Part shown: in pieces, positions 56,524 to 64,000 of the stretch
Layout of the letters: each line of letters starts with the position of its first letter
Numbering within the stretch: the first letter of the stretch is position 1
IMG/VR virus record: IMGVR_UViG_3300025098_005131
DNA from: a virus
Taxonomy: Duplodnaviria; Caudoviricetes
Strand: one strand, 5' to 3'
DNA length: 64,000 nucleotides
Position numbers and translations under genes: made by a program
Notes under the pieces: model-generated
Told to the model about the DNA's origin: nothing
The model's input: the letters and a program-made list of their open reading frames with translations, nothing else
Database searches by the model: none

Positions 56524-57540
56524 TTAACCAGCATCTTTAGGTGTTACATTGCCATTTACATCAATCTCCCAATACGTATCACTTATACTAGCTTGATCTC
56601 TGTCAGACAACGTATAAGCATTCATATTTTGTATTGCGTTAACTATATCATCCAAAGTTGTATTGTTACTAGTAAAATCCATATTTCCTGCACTTAATTC
56701 AATTGCAAACATTCCTGTGTCTAGCGTGCCGTCAATTATTCCGTGAGGAAAAAGATTACCATTGGCATCTACTTCCCAAAGTGTTGATGTAGATGCAGTA
56801 AAAGAATCTCCACCTGCATTATCATCAGCTGGAACAAATTTTGTGCCATCCCATTTTAAAACTTGATTATTATTTGGAGCATTTGTTGTTATATCTACAT
56901 CAGATAAGTCCCCAATAGAAGATGATGATATGTCAGATGAGCTAATAGCTGTGTTTGCCATGTTACCAATATAGATATACACTTCAACATGACTTGGGTT
57001 TTCATTAGCATTGTCTGGAGGTATTTCTTGAAAAAGTATGCCATTAAAATAATCTAAGTACCAAGATCTTTCGTCTAGCAAAGGAATTCTTGTGCCATTT
57101 GACTTTGTTCCATTGCCATCATAATAAACTTTTGCTTCATACGAGTCAGAAAATTGGGGTGGTACTATTTGTAATTTTCCTATTGATGAGTGTAAATCTT
57201 CGCTATCCTTAAATGACAATGTATCTTTTTTAGGATTTGAAGAACTAGCAACATAGTCGTCAGGAAGACTTAATTTAAATGCATGAAATTTACCATTCAC
57301 TAGAGACTCAGGCAATGATGTTGCAACTAGCCTAACATATTCTACAACGTTATTTGTAGTGTCATAAAGATTAGTGCTGTTAGGTGTTGTAGGAATAGTT
57401 TCGGCAAATATTGAAGATGTACTTAATGATAAACTTGTAGTTTTATTTTCATTAAATGCTTCAAGCGAATTGGAAGTATGTGATTTACCAACTAGCTTTT
57501 TAAGAGAAATATTTTCTTTTGAAGAAGATGATAATGCCAT
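56524..57540 (-). CDS. Fibre-associated/attachment protein
   Basis: 338 aa; SIGDLSDVD...NQVLKWDG fibre knob motif and two W-E-x-D-x-N-G-N-x-x-P motifs. Confidence 0.5.
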   Translation of the reverse strand: MALSSSSKENISLKKLVGKSHTSNSLEAFNENKTTSLSLSTSSIFAETIPTTPNSTNLYDTTNNVVEYVRLVATSLPESLVNGKFHAFKLSLPDDYVASSSNPKKDTLSFKDSEDLHSSIGKLQIVPPQFSDSYEAKVYYDGNGTKSNGTRIPLLDERSWYLDYFNGILFQEIPPDNANENPSHVEVYIYIGNMANTAISSSDISSSSIGDLSDVDITTNAPNNNQVLKWDGTKFVPADDNAGGDSFTASTSTLWEVDANGNLFPHGIIDGTLDTGMFAIELSAGNMDFTSNNTTLDDIVNAIQNMNAYTLSDRDQASISDTYWEIDVNGNVTPKDAG

Positions 57541-57543
57541 TTA

Positions 57544-60500
57544 TTAACTCCAATCTACTATTATATTACTTAAATATCCTGTCCAATTTTCATTTGCTTC
57601 TATTTTCAAAACAAAGTATTCATTAGGTTGCAGGAATTTTTGTCCAAAAGTTATTGTATTTGTTGTTGTTTGTCCATTTGTAATAGAATTTGATAGGTTA
57701 CCACTTAGAGAACCATCGCTGTCATTATACTGTCCTGTTTCAAATGCTTTTGCAATATTTAGATACCCAGTTAATTGTGCATCGCCAGTTTCGGGTATTT
57801 TGACTGCTATTTTAATATTTGTTGCAGAGAAAGCTGTGTCTGGGTCCACTATAACGCTACCGTTGCCTTGGAGTTGCAAACTAAATCCAGTTTTAGCATT
57901 CTGTGTAGTATTTTGAAATATTCTATAAAAACTCTTTGTTCCAGTAAATCCTGTATAATTTGGATTACCCGCTGGAGCATGTATGTTTACATTTGCATCT
58001 CTAAAGTCACCATCAGGATATCTAAGTTTATCGTCATACATCATTAAACTATCAGTAAGTTCTGCTGTAGAGTCCCAACTTGATCCACTTGCTGCTGCTT
58101 GATTATCATTTGCGTTTGCCCAGCTAGAAAGAAGTCTTCTTGTTTCGTTACTAAAGTCTTCTTCAATGAAAGACTGATTATCGGTACTGACTGTGTATTG
58201 TAAAAATTTATTTGATGTTGCAGTTTCATTAACACCGCTTGTTATTTCGCCATTAGCTGCATTTAATGGATGCTTAACAGTCGTATTAACAGTAATGTCG
58301 TTCATGTTTGTATAATTATTAACTGCATCTAAATCTAATATAGACTTAACATAGTTAACTTCAAAAATTGATACCACTTTTAAAACTTCAGACTCATCAC
58401 CTAAAGCTGTTATAACAGGCAAAGCTTTACTTCCAGCCCTTGAATTGCCAGGTAAAGTATGTGATCCTACATTTGTAATCGCATTATTATTCATACCTGT
58501 CAATAAAATAGATTTAATTTTTGAATTATTGTCTGCATCTGATACTACAACAGCATCAGATGATGAACTATAAATATTTCTGTACATGTTTTTTACGCTT
58601 ATTTCGTAAGGTACATTTGTTACTTTTTTATAATATGTAATTCCAGATAAGCTGTTTGTTTCTGTTGAGGATATTTGTGCAGAATCAATGGAATAAGTAG
58701 ATGCACCATTATCCGTAAAATCTGGTGCATCTGTGTTATTATCATTAATCCACTCAATTGTATTTGATTCTTCGTCACCATCATCAGTAACATGAACAAC
58801 TTTTGCAAAATTATATCCTAATCTTTGATCTGCTGGCGTTATAACAAACTTTGATGTTCTATATACACTGTCAAAGTCTGGTCGATTATTGACATCTCTT
58901 GCAGGTGTAGGACTAGTTAAGTTTGTAAATCCACTTCCATCGTTGTTTAGTTGATTTCCTGTCAAATAAGGTCTAGTTGCTAAATTAATTGTGTGAATAT
59001 CTTGACCATTAACATGCAGCTTCAATGTACCTTTGTGTGATTCGCCTCCACCAAATGCATACTGTACGTAATTGTTTCCGTTAACATTTGTTAAGTCATT
59101 AATAAAACCTGTAACTGTTTGGGTACTATCAAATATACCAGATTTATCCCCTGATAGGTCGAAAAGTGTATTTATATCTGCAGTATAATTAGTAAAATTA
59201 TTGATAGTATTAGTTGCACCAAAAGAAAGCTTTCCGGTTACGCCTGCTTGTTCTAGATCAATATGCTCTACTTCTGGAGCATCTAATACATTACCTATTA
59301 TATCAACAAAATTTACGTTAATTGAGTCAACATAACCAGACCAATCTGCACTTGCAGTAATTTTTACCAAAACATATTCATCATTTAGTATGCTATCTTT
59401 TAAAATAGCTATTTTATTATTAATTATATTTCCGTCAATATTACCGTTGTAAATTTGATCCCCACAAGATGTAAGTGTTCCTTCTTCATAATTCGACAAA
59501 TTAAAATCGCTAGCTACAGTAAGCCATTCAGACTCAGATGGATTGCCAGCTTTTGAAGGAATTTTAAATTGTACATTAATTTCATCGCTATTGGGTGTAT
59601 TTGAATTAACAATATCACTATTGTTTTTACTCATGTTAAACAGTAAAGCTTTTATTGTATTTCCACTATTGTTTTTAAATTTCCTTATCCAGACCTTAAC
59701 GTCGTTATCATTGACAGCACTATAGTCTGGATTTGCATATGAAGAACTTAGTGTGCTAAAATTACCTGAGTTTGGCAGATCGTCACTTTTAGGAGAATAT
59801 AATCTTGAGTTATAAACAATTAAACCTGTATTATGGCCTACATCATTACCTGTTAAACTTTCTGTAGAATCCCATGAACATGTATTTGACGGATCATCCA
59901 CACCATTATCAGTCAAATCTGTTTGTGCATATGCATTTTTTAAATACTGTCTATATCTTTCATCATCAAAATTTTCTAATATTGAAGTACTACTAGCTGT
60001 CACGTTGTCTAAAAGAATGCCTGTAACTGTTTCATTAGTAGAAGCTGTTGTAACATTTGCTTTTATAGGGTGAGATAGCGAAAATCCTGTTGTAAGTGAT
60101 TGATTTAAAAGTCTATTACTTATTGGCAAAAGATCTGCTTCTTGTGACAAGTTAATTTGTTTTGTATGATCTTCACCACTTTCTGTATCAATAGCAGAGA
60201 CTGCAATGCTGCCAAAATTTGCTATAGCATCAGGACTTTCAGTAAAAGTCATATTATCTGTTGCATATACATATTTATAAAAATTATCAATATCTGCAGC
60301 ATAAGTTGCTGTTCCACTTGTATGATACTGAATTCCTGAAAGATATTTACTACCGGCCATGTTTAACGATAAACTCTTGTTTGTGACAGAAATAGCTTCA
60401 TTATTACTGTCATTAATCCACTCTGCATATCCTGTTTCTTTTGTGCTTTCACCTATTACATGTTTTACTTGAGCATAGTTCCAACCATCTCTTTGACTTA

Positions 60501-63500
60501 CAGAATCAACTTTCCATTCACCCTGTCTATGTTTAAATGTTGGAAATTCTGTATCTGAAGCAAACTTTCCGTTAATTGCAGCTGTAAGATTAACAAATCC
60601 ACTTCCATCTGCATCTAAGTAATCACCTGCACCGTCACTTGAAAGATCTACATCACAGTTTAACTTATTACCGTTTAACCAAAGCTGTAAGGCGCCTTGA
60701 TCACCATTACCAAAGCTATTGTCTGCAAAGTTAACAATGTTATTTGTATAAGTGTCATTAGATACATCTTCATTAAGTGTACCTACCATTGACGTATTAC
60801 CCGTATAAACACCTTTTCTATAGTTTCCGTTTGATGACTCTATTGCAAATATTTCGTTTACGTTTGTTGCAGCAAAACCTGAAATGTCTCCTGCAGACGA
60901 ATAAGGCGTTCCTGCTGCAGACTGATCATTTGATGTTCCAAATGATAGTTTAATATTTTGTAATGCACTGTTTGCAGTATCGACATCAAATTGGTCAAGA
61001 TCTGGAGCAGGTGAAGGTGCTAAAGCCTTTAAAACTTCATTAAATCTATCAATTGCAGTGCCTATTGTTGTTTTAGGAGTAAAGTCTGTAAATAGTCCAT
61101 CGTCGTAATTGTCTTCAGCATTACCTATAATACCCACTAGAGTTGCCTCATTATTACCTGAGTCTGTAACAGTTGCAAGTTGCTGCACATCAAGAGTTGT
61201 TGATTGTGCTACTGAAGTTGTATTATCTGTGACTGTTAGGTTAACTCCTCCACCACCTCCTCCATTAATATCATCAGCAGCAATAAAATTATTTGTATTA
61301 TCGTCCCATTTAAGAATTTTTCCATTTGCGATTGTATCTAAGTTAATATTGACATTATCTAATTCTGCTATAGAAACACTAAAAGCATCATTAACTACAG
61401 CATCATTTGCGCCGTTAAACGAAGTAGTAATTGTTGATCCGCTTATGCTAACACCTGATATTGATGGTGCAGCTGCTCCAGCTGCACCTTGTAGACCTTG
61501 CTCACCTTGTATACCTTGCTCACCTTGTATACCTTGTATACCTTGCTCACCTTGCTCACCTTGCGATCCTTGCTCACCTTGAGCACCTGCTTCTCCTTGT
61601 GGACCTTGTGGACCTTGTGGACCTTGTGGACCAGCATCGCCTTTCGCTCCTTGTAAAGAAGAAAGAAATGCTGCTTCATCTCCTACATTCCCTTCATCTA
61701 GCCAAGATTGATATGCAGAGTCTCCTTGTGGGCCTTGTTGACCAGCATCACCTTGTAGACCTTGCTCACCTTGAATACCTTGAGCACCTGCTTCTCCTTG
61801 TGGACCTTGTGGACCAATATCACCTTGTATACCTTGAGGGCCGGTTAAGTCAATAGTTGTAAAAGGATTTAGTCCATCTATAAAGTTTAAAGTAAAAGTT
61901 CCATCATTATTTTCAGTTACTGAAGATATTCCTCTTCCATCTGCACCTGATTGTCCTTGTGGTCCTTGTGGTCCTGTAGTTGCTTCTACATAAACAAACT
62001 TTTCAGGATTTACGCCATCATTAACGTACTGAAGTATCTTGCCACTTTCTTTATCTGTATCATCTATCCCAGTTAGCTCAAAAATATCTGAAACTTTGCT
62101 AGCAATTGCAGTGTCTAAAGCTATCAAAGCAGTCTTGACAACAGAAATGTTTTCTAAAAAGTTTGTAGTATTATCGAATGCAATAAGATTTCCGTCATTA
62201 TCTGTACCAATACTGTCTTTAATGTTTTGAAGATTTTGTAGCTGACCAGCATTTCCACCCTCAATCGTTGTTATTGCAGCATCTAGTCTTCCAATAGCAG
62301 AGTGGTGTGTATCTGTATTTTCAATAAAGTTTGTATTAGCATAATTTGGTCTAAGCCCTGTAAGTGTTAGACCCAAGCTGTTTTCAATAGAATTAATTTC
62401 AGAATTGATTCCACTAATCTGACTAGATCTTAATGTTTCTTCATTGTCAACTTCATCTTGAGTTAACTTGAGCTGTGTGTCTAGCTTGCTTAAAGCATCT
62501 TTTGCTGAAGATGCTGTGTCTATATAATTTGACCCTGCATGAGCTGAGTATGTACCATCAGCGTTTAAACCTACTGCAGTTTCAATTGCATCAACTTCTA
62601 TCTGTGAAGCATTGGATGCAGAAAGAGTTTCAACTGCAGTCATTTCTCCTTGCAACGTCAACATATCAGCTTCGACTGCGTCTAAGTCTGACTGCGTTGA
62701 TTTGAGCTGTGTGTCTAGCTTGCTTAATGCATCTTTTGTTGAAGATGCTGTGTCTATATAGTTTGAATTATTATGAGCTGAATAAGAACCGTCTGGGTTT
62801 AAACCTACTGCAGTTTCAACAGCATCAACTTCTGTTTGTAATGTACTTAAACTAGCTGAAGATGCTTTAAGTAAAATATTTGATTGTAGATTTTCAATAT
62901 CACTTTCAGCTGTGTCTAAGTCTGTTTGAGTTGATTTAAGCTGTGTGTCTAATTTACTTAAAGCATCTTTAGAAGATATTGCTGTGTCTATATAGTTTGA
63001 ATCATTATGAGCTAAGTATGTACCATCAGCGTTTAGACCTATTGCAGTTTCAACAGCATCAACTTCTGTTTGTAATGTACTTAGACTAGCTGAGGATGCC
63101 AAACCCAACATTTCAGTTTGTATAGATAATATATCATCATTTGTAGTCTTTAATTCTTTATCTAGTTCTCCAATCGCTTCATGGTGGTTTTGTGTATTCT
63201 CAACAAAGTTTGTGCTAGAGTAATTTGGTCGCAAACCTGTCGCTGTAAGACCTAAGCTGCTTTCTATTGAATTTAACTCAGATTGTAAGTCTGCATCTGC
63301 ATTTGCTCTTGCTGCTTCTTCTGTATCTAATTCTGCCTGCGTTGATTTGAGCTGTGTGTCTAATTTACTTAAAGCATCTTTTGTTGAAGATGCTGTGTCT
63401 ATATAATTTGACCCTGCGTGCGCAGAATATGTACCATCAGCGTTTAGTCCTACTGCTGTTTCTATTGCATTGACTTCTATCTGTGAAGCATTGGATGCAG

Positions 63501-64000
63501 AAAGAGTTTCAACTGCAGTCATTTCACCTTGCAATGTTGATATGCTAATCTCAGCTGTGTCTAAGTCTGACTGCGTTGATTTGAGCTGTGTGTCTAGCTT
63601 GCTTAAAGCATCTTTAGAAGATATTGCTGTGTCTATATAGTTTGAATCATCATGAGCTGAGTAAGAACCATCTGCATTTAGACCTACTGCAGTTTCTATT
63701 GCATTAACTTCTGTTTGTAAGTCACTAAATTCAGATGATGAAGCTTTTAGCGCTATATTGTCTAAGTTTTCTTTTATTTTTACATCAAGTTTACTTAATG
63801 CATCTTTTGTAGAAGTTGAAGCATCTAAATAGTTTGAGCTGTCATGTGCAGAATATGAACCGTCATCGTTTAGACCTATTGCAGTTTCAATTGCATTAAC
63901 TTCTGTTTGTAAATTTGATACGTTTCCTGATCCTAGAGCTGCAATTGCATCAGTATTTGTTTTTAATTGAGTATCTAATTTAACATCAGCATCAAACAAT
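57544..64000 (-). CDS. Giant fibre protein: coiled-coil repeats + collagen-like segment + two tandem ~570-aa globular regions; 5' end lies outside the window
   Basis: Open frame of more than 2150 codons running to the window edge (the ORF-track start at 63999 is an internal TTG); Gly-X-Y runs; repeated EVxAxETAxGLNxDG...[12 protein letters not shown]. Confidence 0.8.
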   Translation of the reverse strand, partial: LFDADVKLDTQLKTNTDAIAALGSGNVSNLQTEVNAIETAIGLNDDGSYSAHDSSNYLDASTSTKDALSKLDVKIKENLDNIALKASSSEFSDLQTEVNAIETAVGLNADGSYSAHDDSNYIDTAISSKDALSKLDTQLKSTQSDLDTAEISISTLQGEMTAVETLSASNASQIEVNAIETAVGLNADGTYSAHAGSNYIDTASSTKDALSKLDTQLKSTQAELDTEEAARANADADLQSELNSIESSLGLTATGLRPNYSSTNFVENTQNHHEAIGELDKELKTTNDDILSIQTEMLGLASSASLSTLQTEVDAVETAIGLNADGTYLAHNDSNYIDTAISSKDALSKLDTQLKSTQTDLDTAESDIENLQSNILLKASSASLSTLQTEVDAVETAVGLNPDGSYSAHNNSNYIDTASSTKDALSKLDTQLKSTQSDLDAVEADMLTLQGEMTAVETLSASNASQIEVDAIETAVGLNADGTYSAHAGSNYIDTASSAKDALSKLDTQLKLTQDEVDNEETLRSSQISGINSEINSIENSLGLTLTGLRPNYANTNFIENTDTHHSAIGRLDAAITTIEGGNAGQLQNLQNIKDSIGTDNDGNLIAFDNTTNFLENISVVKTALIALDTAIASKVSDIFELTGIDDTDKESGKILQYVNDGVNPEKFVYVEATTGPQGPQGQSGADGRGISSVTENNDGTFTLNFIDGLNPFTTIDLTGPQGIQGDIGPQGPQGEAGAQGIQGEQGLQGDAGQQGPQGDSAYQSWLDEGNVGDEAAFLSSLQGAKGDAGPQGPQGPQGPQGEAGAQGEQGSQGEQGEQGIQGIQGEQGIQGEQGLQGAAGAAAPSISGVSISGSTITTSFNGANDAVVNDAFSVSIAELDNVNINLDTIANGKILKWDDNTNNFIAADDINGGGGGGVNLTVTDNTTSVAQSTTLDVQQLATVTDSGNNEATLVGIIGNAEDNYDDGLFTDFTPKTTIGTAIDRFNEVLKALAPSPAPDLDQFDVDTANSALQNIKLSFGTSNDQSAAGTPYSSAGDISGFAATNVNEIFAIESSNGNYRKGVYTGNTSMVGTLNEDVSNDTYTNNIVNFADNSFGNGDQGALQLWLNGNKLNCDVDLSSDGAGDYLDADGSGFVNLTAAINGKFASDTEFPTFKHRQGEWKVDSVSQRDGWNYAQVKHVIGESTKETGYAEWINDSNNEAISVTNKSLSLNMAGSKYLSGIQYHTSGTATYAADIDNFYKYVYATDNMTFTESPDAIANFGSIAVSAIDTESGEDHTKQINLSQEADLLPISNRLLNQSLTTGFSLSHPIKANVTTASTNETVTGILLDNVTASSTSILENFDDERYRQYLKNAYAQTDLTDNGVDDPSNTCSWDSTESLTGNDVGHNTGLIVYNSRLYSPKSDDLPNSGNFSTLSSSYANPDYSAVNDNDVKVWIRKFKNNSGNTIKALLFNMSKNNSDIVNSNTPNSDEINVQFKIPSKAGNPSESEWLTVASDFNLSNYEEGTLTSCGDQIYNGNIDGNIINNKIAILKDSILNDEYVLVKITASADWSGYVDSINVNFVDIIGNVLDAPEVEHIDLEQAGVTGKLSFGATNTINNFTNYTADINTLFDLSGDKSGIFDSTQTVTGFINDLTNVNGNNYVQYAFGGGESHKGTLKLHVNGQDIHTINLATRPYLTGNQLNNDGSGFTNLTSPTPARDVNNRPDFDSVYRTSKFVITPADQRLGYNFAKVVHVTDDGDEESNTIEWINDNNTDAPDFTDNGASTYSIDSAQISSTETNSLSGITYYKKVTNVPYEISVKNMYRNIYSSSSDAVVVSDADNNSKIKSILLTGMNNNAITNVGSHTLPGNSRAGSKALPVITALGDESEVLKVVSIFEVNYVKSILDLDAVNNYTNMNDITVNTTVKHPLNAANGEITSGVNETATSNKFLQYTVSTDNQSFIEEDFSNETRRLLSSWANANDNQAAASGSSWDSTAELTDSLMMYDDKLRYPDGDFRDANVNIHAPAGNPNYTGFTGTKSFYRIFQNTTQNAKTGFSLQLQGNGSVIVDPDTAFSATNIKIAVKIPETGDAQLTGYLNIAKAFETGQYNDSDGSLSGNLSNSITNGQTTTNTITFGQKFLQPNEYFVLKIEANENWTGYLSNIIVDWS
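61480..61980 (-). repeat. Collagen-like (Gly-X-Y)n segments with 9-bp tandem DNA repeats
   Basis: [21 protein letters not shown]...; ccttgtgga x4 at 61595-61630; interrupted by the [24 protein letters not shown] knob. Confidence 0.92.
62090..64000 (-). repeat. Nine ~55-80 aa coiled-coil/knob repeats arranged as a duplicated 4-unit super-repeat
   Basis: Units 1-4 match units 5-8 in type (A, A-long, A-short, B with GLTxTGLRPNY); near-identical DNA between units. Confidence 0.85.

Noticed and set aside
61109-61856. ORFs with LVDL/LAHL, KVHKV or PCSPC repeats
   Set aside because: Alternate-frame and antisense readings of the collagen Gly-X-Y repeats
63997-63999. Start codon of the giant fibre gene
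   Set aside because: It is an internal TTG at the window edge in the middle of a repeat unit; the true start is upstream of the window
1-64000. Stop-codon reassignment, introns or inteins
   Set aside because: Genes tile the minus strand almost without gaps using TAA, TAG and TGA as stops; terminase, portal, primase and Mre11-Rad50 have contiguous motifs and expected sizes
48000-64000. Higher GC of the fibre region as evidence of horizontal transfer
   Set aside because: Explained largely by Gly/Ala/Thr/Asp-rich composition; third positions remain A/T-biased

Overview
The window is part of a large, AT-rich, T4-superfamily-like (contractile-tailed, probably jumbo) bacteriophage genome. About 40 genes are tightly packed, and all lie on the minus strand in the standard genetic code. 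In the direction of transcription (64000 to 1) the order is: four fibre/appendage genes, including a giant collagen- and coiled-coil-repeat protein that starts outside the window, with a small NUMOD-like DNA-binding ORF among them; a Cas4/RecB-like PD-(D/E)XK nuclease; a membrane protein; a gp55-like late sigma factor; a possible small terminase; baseplate genes (gp5-, gp25-, gp6- and gp7-like, with LamG domains); about 15 kb of large unassigned Asn-rich proteins; a RuvC-like resolvase, primase and fused Mre11-Rad50 block; large terminase; portal; prohead protease; five extra head-module ORFs; scaffold; and the first 30 codons of the major capsid protein, which the ORF track misses. I saw no tRNA, rRNA, CRISPR array, intron, intein or reverse transcriptase. 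The most unusual signals are five. (i) An 11-bp perfect hairpin hides the nuclease RBS and has a TATAAT box in its loop. (ii) A nuclease-less NUMOD-like mini-gene sits behind a palindrome array. (iii) An 84-bp, 65% GC patch with foreign codon usage lies inside a very AT-rich gene. (iv) Several head-module proteins share a LAG(I/L)/WATLA helix. (v) The fibre genes show hierarchical repeats. All functional calls come from motif recognition by eye; no database searches were run.
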